Shown here: positions 18,604 through 28,058 of the stretch, piece by piece
Position numbering within the stretch: the first letter of the stretch is position 1
Layout: each line of letters opens with the position of its first letter
Assembly (NCBI RefSeq): GCF_000738915.1
Contig: NW_026515639.1
Coordinates: forward strand, 62,001 to 90,058
Source of the DNA: Nematocida ausubeli
Taxonomy: Eukaryota
Length of the DNA: 28,058 nucleotides
Direction of reading: 5' to 3'
The notes under the pieces: generated by a model
What the model saw: only the letters and a program-made list of their open reading frames with translations
Told to the model about the DNA's origin: nothing
Database searches by the model: none
Program-made: the position numbers and the translations under genes

Positions 18604-19407
18604 ATGTACAAGAGACATGCGTGCCATTTGCTTAGAGCACAAAGCCACCTAGGCGTGGTAGCCATGTTTATATGCTTGTGCGAGCTAAACACTACTGAGG
18701 ATTTGTACCGTGCAATGGCTAGAGGGTCTGGCGCAGAGGCCTCTTTTTTTGAGATAGGCCAAAGCTTGGCGCGCATGCTAGATGGAAGAAACTGTGAAGA
18801 AGCACTATACCCGTGCGCACAGAAAAAATGCCGAATGATGCGCGCAATTAAGGATTCTCTTTCCTGGTCTGAGGAGAAGAAGCACTTTTTTCTGAAGGCC
18901 TGCACACAAAGAGCTAAAACAACTCTTATATACAGAATAATTAAATACCTCACCCGGTCAGGAAACCCTATACATCAGGGATACATAGAGTACAGAGCAA
19001 TGAAGCCGCTTGAGATTTGGAGTGCACAGAAGGAGCTAAAAGATTTAAGTATGTGTGCAGATGGGCTGCAGGGTGTGGAAATGCCAGAGGCACTGAAGAG
19101 TCTTTCTGTGTCCGCAAACACAATTTGGAGCGAGCTCCTAGAAAAGAAGCAGGCAACGCCGCGTGGCAGAGTATTTCTGCTAAGCAAAAAAGAGAAGAGG
19201 GCAAAAAAGCGTGCAAAAACAAGCTCTTTCCAAGCATACTTAGAGAAAGACACAATGCAGATGTATGAGGCCATTAATGCAAGGTACTATATGTTTCTAA
19301 ACAAAGAAAACAGCACCCCCTTCGAATTTCTCAACACTCTAAAAGATACATATCAGACAGAGAATAAACAGTCGTGCTTTTATAATTTTCGGGTTAAAAA
19401 GAAGTAA
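18604..19407 (+). CDS. Hypothetical 267-aa protein (possibly a fragment of a longer, disrupted gene)
   Basis: ATG-initiated 804-nt ORF with no recognised motif. An upstream ORF in another frame overlaps its start. Confidence 0.6.
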   Translation: MYKRHACHLLRAQSHLGVVAMFICLCELNTTEDLYRAMARGSGAEASFFEIGQSLARMLDGRNCEEALYPCAQKKCRMMRAIKDSLSWSEEKKHFFLKACTQRAKTTLIYRIIKYLTRSGNPIHQGYIEYRAMKPLEIWSAQKELKDLSMCADGLQGVEMPEALKSLSVSANTIWSELLEKKQATPRGRVFLLSKKEKRAKKRAKTSSFQAYLEKDTMQMYEAINARYYMFLNKENSTPFEFLNTLKDTYQTENKQSCFYNFRVKKK

Positions 19408-20226
19408 AAAGGCCTTTTATGCAATGGGCTCCAAGCAGATTGCATTAGTGCTTCTTTTGCTCTTGTTTGTGCAATTGTTGTAACTATCTCGAGTGTGCAG
19501 CTGAAAAAGCAGTGTGTACATGCAGAACAAAAGTATTGAGCATTTTTATGCAGTGCAATAGCTGTTGCATAGAGACTGTAGTAGGATATGGAAAAGTAAT
19601 AAGAGCTCTGCATCGCTTTTAGATCGGCTTCATATATGTTTTGAAAGCCTTTAGCCAAGGAAGCTTCTTGTGCACATAAAGTTCTCACTTCTAAGAAATA
19701 TGCAGACAATACTTGCGCAACCCCAGTGGAATGCTGCCACCTGGCACAGCAACTTTTCTTCTATTCACAATGTTCTTTCGCACATATGCATTATATAGTT
19801 TCGAACCATGCATTGTATAAATATGTTAACAGACATCTTTACTTTGGCGGATGCTTGTTACATAGAGAAAAAGCTTCTTGGTTTACTAAATGTATCTTAA
19901 AACATTGCAAGAGACATTAGTGGATGGGCTGCATTTGGTACACACGTGCACTTTCAAATGCACAGATCAGGTTGATAGTTTGCTTATTTAATTAAAAACT
20001 CTTTATGTAAGGTATCCAAAGGGACGGAAGAGTCTGCAATGAGGCTATGTGCTTTAGAAAATGCAGAAGGCAAACATATTCAGATGAATGCAGTGGAAAA
20101 AGTGCAGGCCGCGGTTATGTGCATGCATCCCGAAGTATAATATCTTCTTTAATAACTAATTTTCTAAATAAATATCAAAGTGACCAATCAAAAACTTATA
20201 TAACGCGAAAATATTAATTAAAAAGA

Positions 20227-22782
20227 ATGGCAGGTCGATTTACAGGTAACTTCTTTATGGCGTTAGGAATAGCTTCTGCGCTTGCATTATGTACTGTAGT
20301 ATACACCACTACTATGCACTATAATTCTAGTAAGAGCAATGAAGATACCCTAGGTGCTAATGTGTCTAGCACAAATCCTGAAAATTCAGGGTTATATAGT
20401 CTTGCTTCTGCAGAGGACAATGATAAGTCAAATAAGAACTCAGAATCTATGGGGCATAACAGCAATGCAGGAAACACAGAGGCAAGTGCAATAAAAAGCG
20501 TACAGACTAGTGAGGTGCAGGAGGAATATTCTAAAAAGTCAACAGAGTTGAAATCTAATTTAGGTACAGCTAAAGAAGAAACAAATCCCAAATATGCTTT
20601 AAATATTACAGAAAAAGAAGCCCAAAGTTTTAATCCACTATCAATAGATATACAACCATGGAGCAGCCCAAAAACACCTATAATAATCATGCAAGACAGA
20701 GAAGAATACGAGCAGGGCCTAAACGACATACCACAAGAGCGAGCGGTAGTTTATGACGGTACTAAAGCAGTGAGTGAAGCAAGAGCATTTATGAGGTCAC
20801 AGTCTGAAAATATAGAGGAAACACAGATGTATAACCAGAGCGACTATGGAAAAAACCCATACACACAGTTTTATGAAGAAGAAGCGAAGACATCTATGAG
20901 AAGCCACGCAAAAAGTGTGGTCAGAGCATATAGTGTAGGAATGCAAGCCCGTGAAGTGCAGCAACTTACTAAAGCTGAAGAAAGCATAGGACTATCTACA
21001 TTTAGCGAAGTGGACAAAAGCATAGAAACCTATCCTAGCATAGAGTTTGAGAGGCAGCTACAAGAAAGGCCAATTTTTGCGGGCAACATAATATGTGAAC
21101 TAAAAAGCGATGATAATCCAGATGAGAGCAAAATTCTTGTTGCTGACTGGGTCCAGTATATACCTAAGTATATGAAAGAAAAAGTATTGCTTCCTCATGC
21201 GCAAAAGCCTATTAGGCTATCTAATGATGTGAGGCTCTTTAAAAAGCTGGACTCCCTGGGAAAAATCCAGAAATGCATGCTAAAGGGGATAGATCTGAAA
21301 ATTAACTTTGAGGTAAACCCGGTGGAGGCCGTTCTTCCATGCAATCTCTATGGTATGCATCAAGTATTGATCCGAATGCACAGAAGAAAGACATATAATC
21401 TAGAGGCTGCGACATTGGATAGTATATTTAAGTGCACTAAATATCTTGCAGACCTTACGTACATGACACGCTTTGCTGTTATAACAGAAATAGAAGCAAT
21501 AGATGAGATTTGGAAAGTGTGCATTCGCCACAGGGCTATGAAAACAAAAAAACAAGGCTACAGCTCGTTTACCACTCCGTCTAATGTGCTTCCCGATGAG
21601 TTTGACTTAGCTCTGTTTGACGAGTGCAAGGAGGAGATTAAAAAAACATTCCATGAAAAGTATACGGTTCCGATGAATAAGATGGTTGAGCAGGGTATCA
21701 AGCAAATGATGCCGCTCTTCTATAATATACATAAAAAACACAGTATAGACGATCATAAAGTACGAAATGCAACGTACATAAATGACACATGGTATACAAA
21801 GGAAATACTTGGCGAGAAAATAATTCCTGTCTGTTTGCAGTATATGGATGATTATTGGAGTATTCATTCACATAGTGACAGACTTTTCTTTAGAGGTGCA
21901 ATGCGTCCAGATATGTATGACTCTTATATGGAAAGTGTCCAACATGGCTTTGGCCCGAGCAGAGAACAAATCAAGTTGGATCTAAACAGCTTTGACATAA
22001 TTTCAATGATAATGGATATAAGCATGCAACAGATTTATTCCTCTGGAAATAAATCTCTAGAGAGGACGGAAAATTTAAGTAATGAGATCTGGGTAGACCA
22101 CATTGGGTGTTTCTTCAATGCATGCGCTTTATCAGATGATCTTGCTGTGAAGACACAAAATAGTGAAGCTGCCGCACACCCGCTATTCTTAAATAGCTTA
22201 AAGCTTGTTTACATGTCTACCTCTATAATGACAAAAATAGAGAAACTGTTTAAGTGTGAAAAATTGCTTTCTGCATACAGTGAAAACATTGGATTCAGAG
22301 AGGACTTGATAAAGCTCAAACTGATCATAAATAAGTACATGCAAGGCGCTTCTCTTGCCATTAACAACCAGTTCTGTATGCTATCTCTACAGCGAGCAAG
22401 AGAAAACACAATGCGCGCCTCTATCTATGCTTATATATTTGGCGAGCGCAGCACAGAATCTGTGCAGGAGCTGTATAAGCCTGCATACCAAATTATTAAA
22501 AATGCACTAGGCTCTGGAGTCATAGATTTCAACAAAAAAAGCAATTCATCCGATCTCTTCCAAAGCAAAGAGCGCGCGCAAAGTCTTAACTGCGGCGGGG
22601 CACCCTGTGCAGAAAATAGTTCATTCAATTGGAAATCGCTTAATCTTCTCTACAATAGCTTTTTATACAGAACTCCTATTCTTTTCAAGGGCCAAAACGA
22701 GGCATACATCTCTAAAATAATTGAAGAAGAATACGATAGTTATACAAAGACGTATTTAAAGCAGATTTCATCCACTTCATAG
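20227..22782 (+). CDS. Hypothetical 851-aa protein with N-terminal signal/anchor and S/N/E-rich linker
   Basis: 2.5-kb ORF with hydrophobic aa 9-26, low-complexity aa ~30-125 and an AT tract before the ATG. Confidence 0.92.
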   Translation: MAGRFTGNFFMALGIASALALCTVVYTTTMHYNSSKSNEDTLGANVSSTNPENSGLYSLASAEDNDKSNKNSESMGHNSNAGNTEASAIKSVQTSEVQEEYSKKSTELKSNLGTAKEETNPKYALNITEKEAQSFNPLSIDIQPWSSPKTPIIIMQDREEYEQGLNDIPQERAVVYDGTKAVSEARAFMRSQSENIEETQMYNQSDYGKNPYTQFYEEEAKTSMRSHAKSVVRAYSVGMQAREVQQLTKAEESIGLSTFSEVDKSIETYPSIEFERQLQERPIFAGNIICELKSDDNPDESKILVADWVQYIPKYMKEKVLLPHAQKPIRLSNDVRLFKKLDSLGKIQKCMLKGIDLKINFEVNPVEAVLPCNLYGMHQVLIRMHRRKTYNLEAATLDSIFKCTKYLADLTYMTRFAVITEIEAIDEIWKVCIRHRAMKTKKQGYSSFTTPSNVLPDEFDLALFDECKEEIKKTFHEKYTVPMNKMVEQGIKQMMPLFYNIHKKHSIDDHKVRNATYINDTWYTKEILGEKIIPVCLQYMDDYWSIHSHSDRLFFRGAMRPDMYDSYMESVQHGFGPSREQIKLDLNSFDIISMIMDISMQQIYSSGNKSLERTENLSNEIWVDHIGCFFNACALSDDLAVKTQNSEAAAHPLFLNSLKLVYMSTSIMTKIEKLFKCEKLLSAYSENIGFREDLIKLKLIINKYMQGASLAINNQFCMLSLQRARENTMRASIYAYIFGERSTESVQELYKPAYQIIKNALGSGVIDFNKKSNSSDLFQSKERAQSLNCGGAPCAENSSFNWKSLNLLYNSFLYRTPILFKGQNEAYISKIIEEEYDSYTKTYLKQISSTS

Positions 22783-23793
22783 GCTTTTGTGTATTTGGCC
22801 TTGCCGAAAGGCTTATTTTATCCAGCACTGTGTGAGTATACATGAATTAAAATAAACCGAAAATACAATACTTCCCCTATTAATGCTTTTCATATTCAAA
22901 TGCTTTTCTATTGATAAACCCGAAATAAGCAAAGTGTGTAGCCTTTGGACAGCTGTAGAATAACAGAGTGATATTTGGTGTTTTTCTCTCCCATAAAATT
23001 GTAAAGTATCTTCTCTGTGTCAGCAATATATATTGGTGTTTGCAATTTCTCTCCCAGCCTTTGAATGCTGAATGTTATTCTGTAAAAGGCTCTGCTTGTT
23101 TACACGTTTTTACTTTGGCCATTTATGGTTGTTACTATGCCATGCTACACTCTCATTAGTTGTTATAGTAGTTCATTTTTATAAGTATGATGCTAAACGG
23201 CCACTGTATAAAGGCCTATAAATATATGTCAAGAAATAAATTATAGCCCAAGCATGATCAAGTCTAGCATTTCTTCAAGAAGGAGGCTCATCTATATGCA
23301 TACTTTTCAGCAGTATTATAGACACTGTCGCAGGATGTAACCCAAATACATGCGTGGATTTATTGCTTGATGAGTTTTCTTGCTTGTTCGCGTTTAAGTA
23401 TTCTAATGAAGTCCATTTATGAATTATAACCCAATTTTATTAAAATACAAAAAAACGCAGAATGGCCTCTGTATAGACATATAAGAAATCTTTCTTTGCA
23501 AAAGCATAATATATTCCAACTCGTGTTCTTATGTTACAGTAGCTCTATTTTTAGTGCATATGCTACTTGAGATACACTGCAGACCATGGACTGAGTTTTC
23601 AATCTAATATATGTGTATGCGCTTACCATATGTTAAATTGCATAATAGAAACAAGCTTCCTTTTTTATTCTTCCATAAAAATCACTACAACACTACAAAC
23701 ATCCCTGTAGTTTATATCTATCTATATTATCTTTGCTTATTCTGTTACTATTTGTATTTGATTACATATTCACTGGCTAAGAGTACATTCGCA

Positions 23794-24138
23794 TCAGCCC
23801 ATGGCAGAAGAATGCCTATGTATCGCACACTTACTACTTTTTTTTGAGATATTTGATCCTTTTGCAGGCTTCTCTTTTGCACTTACTATTGCAGAAGTTG
23901 AAGTAAGATCCTTTCTATAATTTATATCTTCTTTCATGCTGGATGGGGCCCTTGCGCCTTTTTTCTGCCTTTGTGCAATGTCTTTATTTTTTTTGCAGCT
24001 ACAGCATGTATCGCTCTTCGTTGGCGTACTCTTCCTTTCTTTTATAATGGATTTAGAGATTGCTATATATAGCCCAACTAGGATGAGGACTGCTATAGTA
24101 ATAAGAGTAGCTTTCAGCAAATACACAGCCCACTTCAT
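23794..24138 (-). CDS. Hypothetical 114-aa protein with N-terminal TM/signal segment and basic tail
   Basis: MKWAVYLLKATLITIAVLILVGLYIAISK followed by K/S-rich sequence. AT tract upstream of the ATG. Confidence 0.65.
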   Translation of the reverse strand: MKWAVYLLKATLITIAVLILVGLYIAISKSIIKERKSTPTKSDTCCSCKKNKDIAQRQKKGARAPSSMKEDINYRKDLTSTSAIVSAKEKPAKGSNISKKSSKCAIHRHSSAMG

Positions 24139-25452
24139 TCTATCTTATCTGCAAAATAATTTTATATATATCTTTATAATCTCTTTAATAATAGGGCCTT
24201 TCTCTATGGAAAGCTACTTTAATAGACATTTTAACCAGCAAAATCAGTGGCCTTCCTTCACTGCTTATTATGGGGCAGACACTCTGTTTGCTAATTTGCA
24301 GGTGACAGAGTATTTGCTTTCTTGCTGAAATAGCCCCTATTTACTGGCTTGGTCACACTAACTGTGTATTTGGACTGTATGCTTTTTGAAGTTCTTAATA
24401 AAAATATGTTGTGTTCTATATCTCAGACAATGCGCTTTTTGACTTTAACCATGTGCAGTGAATTCTATGCTGGTGTCTGCATATTGGATGATATTTAATA
24501 AGGTCATTTGCGTTTATTAAAACAAATAAATATTTAGGTATACTATGCTTTTCTGTAAAAATAGAGAATAATAAATAAAATACAACTGTCAATAATGGCA
24601 CTAGTCTTGTCTTTCAAGTTATTTTTATCTGTTGCTTTCATGGCGAGTCCTATGGAATATAAGTATTACAGAGTGCATTAATTATAAAATATTAAAATAA
24701 AATCTACTTGATCCTATAGGGCAGACATTTGAGCTACAGCCATTTTTTATATGCATTCTTACAAGAAATTTCAAAAAGAATAGAAAATTCATTGCACAGT
24801 ATATATAGAGTGAAATATTATGGTATAAGTATGTCTATTCTATTAACTGTAATATACATATCTTTGCACTGCTTGTGAGCCACTTTTCCATCTATTCACT
24901 GCTAGATTGAGAATATATGCATAGTGTAAATGCAGACTCTAGAGGATTGACAAACAGAAAGATTTTCTGGGAAATATGCATACACAGGATAAGACAGGAG
25001 CACATATTATATAGAGCATGCTATACGTACATATGTTTAAGCCCATTTAAATAAATATAATCCGAATAAAACATCTGTAAATACGCACCACACTCCTTCC
25101 ACACATATCCAAACCACCAGCACAGCCATGTTCTGCATATGCTTGTGTAACTCCTGCTGAATTACAATAATCCCTATATTCCAAAACAAAAAAGAGTTAA
25201 CATATATGCCTGCTGTATAAATTCAAAGCATGCCCTCATCAAAGCTTCATCAAAGCACTAAATCGATCTTTTACTCAAACCACGCCCCTCCCTACTGTTT
25301 CTATTGCTCATTAGTGCAAATCCGCAATTTGTTTCTTCCTGTGCGAACAAAAATATTTTGTACAGATTTTGCCTCCGTATGCCTTTGTTTGCTCCTTGAT
25401 GAGAAGTAGAGCCACTGTACAGAAAAACAGGAGAAGTAAAAAATTTTAAGTT

Positions 25453-26808
25453 ATGGTTTACAATGCAGAGCAGGGAAAGCTGTCCGAATACACGCGCGCT
25501 TTTGCGCGAAAAGCAAAGTCACTCCTTTATAAATGTCCTGTTGTTTTCTTTGGCGCAGTTCTTTATCTTATGTATGTGATGACAGTTGGTGAGAAGATGT
25601 TCTCGTGCACTGGGTCCTTCCCGGGCGCTGAGGTGCACACTGCCAGCGCTATTTTATTTGTGGCAGCTTCCTGCGTTTCCCAAGTTTTATTCTTTGCTCT
25701 CTCTTCATACACGTCGGGGGTTATATCCTCGCCGATCTCTGAGTCGTTCAGGTACGTGCAGAGCATGCACGAGTCTCTTGCCGCTGGTCTGCCGGTAGAA
25801 AGGGTCTTCACAAACCTTTTTGTGTGTCTTGCTCTCTCTGCGCTTCTTACAAGCGCTGGGTTCTTTCTGATGTACATTCTTCGCGCTGAGCGCATGATCA
25901 ACAGGATACCCTCTGGGCTGTCCATGGCGCTCTTCATTTCCATAGGGTTTCTGTGTGTGTCGTATGCAAACGAGCGGGTGTGTGCTGTCTCCAGCGCAGC
26001 AGGAGTGTACTGGCAGGCTGTTTTGGCGTTCAATGCAGTTGGCGTTGCTGTCACTCTCCTGTGCAAGGTGTGCAAGAAAAGGTGCCCTGCTGTGGCACGG
26101 TACAGTGTGCTTTGGGCTGGTGTTTTGCTCACCGCTGTGTTCTATGTATGGGCACTCATAAAGGGGGAGACAACAGCCTCTCTCCTTAAAAAGGGATGGC
26201 TGGCAAGTGACCCGCGCAAGGAGGTGGTTCTGGCTGTGCCGCGCATGGCTCTCCCCCACATAGACCTTCGCGCAGTGCTTTGGGAGATTCCGTCAATTGG
26301 GAAGATTGCTGCAATGAACCTCATGCAGTTTCCAATAAACTTTCCCCCAGCAAAGGCGCAGACCGGCAAAAGTGCGCGCGCGCGAAAGGAGCTGCTTGCA
26401 AACGGAGTGTGCAACGCAGTAACCTCTCTTTTTGGCTGCTCAGTGCAGGTGCTTCCGTCTTCCACAATTGCGGTGTACGAGTCTGGGTCCAGGCACATGG
26501 CAGACACGCTGCTGTTCACTGCTGCGCTGATTGGGTCTCTTGCCGCAGGACACAGACTCCTCCTCTATGTTCCATTTGCTGTGTTTGACATGCTCTTTCT
26601 CTGTCTGGGGCTGAACATTGTGCTGCAGTCCGGACTGGATGCGTTCGCAGAGGGATGGGGAGTGTTTTCAGGCGCGGTTTGCGTGTCTGTTGTGTCCACA
26701 GCCACAGGAAGCGTGCTGTGCGGTGCTGCTATGGGCGCACTTCTGTACGCGGGGAAGTATATGTATACACAGCACAGCAGAGTGTGCTTCTCCCCTTGCG
26801 AGGTGTAA
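25453..26808 (+). CDS. SulP/SLC26-family anion (sulfate) transporter, membrane domain only
   Basis: Multi-TM protein with RIPSGLSMALFISIG and KELLANGVCNAVTSLFG (SulP EL.A.G..N....LFG), plus LLLYVP. No room for a C-terminal STAS domain. Confidence 0.82.
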   Translation: MVYNAEQGKLSEYTRAFARKAKSLLYKCPVVFFGAVLYLMYVMTVGEKMFSCTGSFPGAEVHTASAILFVAASCVSQVLFFALSSYTSGVISSPISESFRYVQSMHESLAAGLPVERVFTNLFVCLALSALLTSAGFFLMYILRAERMINRIPSGLSMALFISIGFLCVSYANERVCAVSSAAGVYWQAVLAFNAVGVAVTLLCKVCKKRCPAVARYSVLWAGVLLTAVFYVWALIKGETTASLLKKGWLASDPRKEVVLAVPRMALPHIDLRAVLWEIPSIGKIAAMNLMQFPINFPPAKAQTGKSARARKELLANGVCNAVTSLFGCSVQVLPSSTIAVYESGSRHMADTLLFTAALIGSLAAGHRLLLYVPFAVFDMLFLCLGLNIVLQSGLDAFAEGWGVFSGAVCVSVVSTATGSVLCGAAMGALLYAGKYMYTQHSRVCFSPCEV

Positions 26809-27244
26809 ACAGCACAGATAACATGGTATAAAGGATAGACAGCATATCCACAGAGCAATAGGTGTGTGAGCGCATGGCTTGCAGTGGTAAAAGTGACTGC
26901 AGAGAGTATTCAGACGGCGGCTTAACCCGAAAACATCGCTGATTTACATCTCTGTATAGTGTGAAAATAAGGCACTTCAATGCACATGCGTACATACACT
27001 ACTCTGCCATAAACAACCCACTCATCACATGGTGTAGAGGAGTAAGAGTATGATAAATAAATTAATTGATAAACTGTCTGCATTATATGTTTGTGTATGC
27101 GAATATGTGTGCATAGCAGGGTATGCACCTGCTGCTTTCCTGCTGCTTCTTATTACAGTTGACTATGGTTATGTATGCGCGCTTTTGGGAAATTTAGTCT
27201 ATTTGGGCGTGATAATATTTCAGTTGCATGATGTGCAAATTTTC

Positions 27245-28058
27245 ATGAAGTTTTCTTCGCTTTCCATACTAGAGAGTCTGAAGAAGAATCTTGCAGAAAA
27301 GGGATTTGATGATATGACGCCTGTGCAGGAGAGTGTGGTGCCTCTGCTCCTGCGCCAGCGGGACGTAGTGGCTGAGGCGGTCACCGGCTCTGGGAAGACA
27401 CTTGCGTTTCTTGTGCCCCTTCTCCAGAGAGTGCTGGGAAAGAAGCGCCCAAAGAAGGCAGAGGGGCCGCGCGTGCTTGTTGTTGCGCCCACCCGCGAGC
27501 TTGCGCAGCAGATCCACCAGGCTGCGCTGTCCATCTCTGGCGGCCTTGGAGTGAGCATGCAGTGCATCACTGGCGGCGCAGAGGTCGGCGAGATAGTGGC
27601 CCGCCGCGCGCTGGGAGAGAGCAATGCGGATGCGTGGCCGGATGTCATGATTGGCTCGCCTGGGAAGATTTTCGAGCTAAGCAGAGAGGGCGGGATGCCT
27701 CTCCGAGACGTGGAGCTGTTTGTTCTTGACGAGGCCGACAAAATGCTCTCCTTTGGATTCCGCAAGGAGGTGTCTGAGATGCTGCGCATGCTTCCGCGCG
27801 CAAAGCAGACTGCGATCTTTTCCGCCACGGTATCTGAGAGCGTGCACGCGCTGGGCCGCCTGGGGATGCGCAGCCCCCTCTTTGTGTGTGTGAAAAACGC
27901 GCTGTGTGTGCCGGACGGGCTGCGCCTGCACGGGCTGTGTGTGCCGCCTGCAGAGAAGAGCGAGGCTCTGATGCGGGGAATACGCTCTCTCGGAAAAAAA
28001 ATCATTGTGTTCTTTGCCACGTGTGCGCAGGTGGACTACTTCCACTCGCGGCTGCTGC
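27245..28058 (+). CDS. SPB4: DEAD-box RNA helicase Spb4/DDX55 (60S biogenesis), 3' partial
   Basis: Missing from the track (no stop in window). MKFSSL...GFDDMTPVQ (Q motif), EAVTGSGKTLAF (motif I, Spb4-type), APTRELAQQI, IGSPGK, LDEADKML, FSAT and KKIIVFFATCAQVDYF. Confidence 0.93.
   Translation, partial: MKFSSLSILESLKKNLAEKGFDDMTPVQESVVPLLLRQRDVVAEAVTGSGKTLAFLVPLLQRVLGKKRPKKAEGPRVLVVAPTRELAQQIHQAALSISGGLGVSMQCITGGAEVGEIVARRALGESNADAWPDVMIGSPGKIFELSREGGMPLRDVELFVLDEADKMLSFGFRKEVSEMLRMLPRAKQTAIFSATVSESVHALGRLGMRSPLFVCVKNALCVPDGLRLHGLCVPPAEKSEALMRGIRSLGKKIIVFFATCAQVDYFHSRLL

Noticed and set aside
24543..24641. 32-aa minus ORF MKATDKNN... with a hydrophobic end
   Set aside because: Too short and AT-rich to tell from chance.
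25236..25256. tcatcaaagc x2 (TGATGA twice on the minus strand)
   Set aside because: Simple 11-bp duplication with no D box at a suitable distance.
26910..27028. Minus-strand GTGATGA...CTGA with cgggttaagccgc complementary to SSU GCGGCUUAAUUUG
   Set aside because: No terminal stem, pairing needs three G-U pairs and does not reach the D box, and I know no modification at the predicted site.
27220..28020. 266-aa minus-strand ORF and other antisense ORFs over 25.5-28 kb
   Set aside because: Shadows of the GC-rich Spb4 and SulP genes; the plus frames carry all the family motifs.

Overview
Compact, apparently intronless eukaryotic DNA. It is most consistent with a microsporidian of the genus Nematocida; this is inferred from the AT-tract plus CCC/GGG motif just before several start codons, very short intergenic spacers, and an 893-aa secreted protein resembling the Nematocida large gene family. 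I call 16 CDS. Two run off the window edges and are absent from the ORF track: a Scc3/STAG-like HEAT protein (<1..1568, minus) and the DEAD-box helicase Spb4/DDX55 (27245..>28058, plus). Other recognisable genes are a TLDc (Oxr1-like) protein, an SLC35/TPT nucleotide-sugar transporter head-to-head with a dolichol kinase, and a SulP-family transporter. The rest are lineage-specific, mostly secreted or membrane-anchored. Best unannotated signals: (1) a 72-nt box C/D snoRNA (1617-1688, minus) resembling snR13/SNORD15, lying between a promoter signature and the Scc3-like ATG; (2) a secreted pre-pro-protein with a polybasic linker, a kexin/furin site and a fascin-like CxxC beta-trefoil; (3) a GIGYF-type DDX6-binding motif in a small protein with no GYF domain; (4) two adjacent type II membrane proteins that look like highly diverged paralogues; (5) a family of intergenic repeats. 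No CRISPR, tRNA, rRNA or transposase was seen. All family assignments come from motif recognition by eye, not from database searches.
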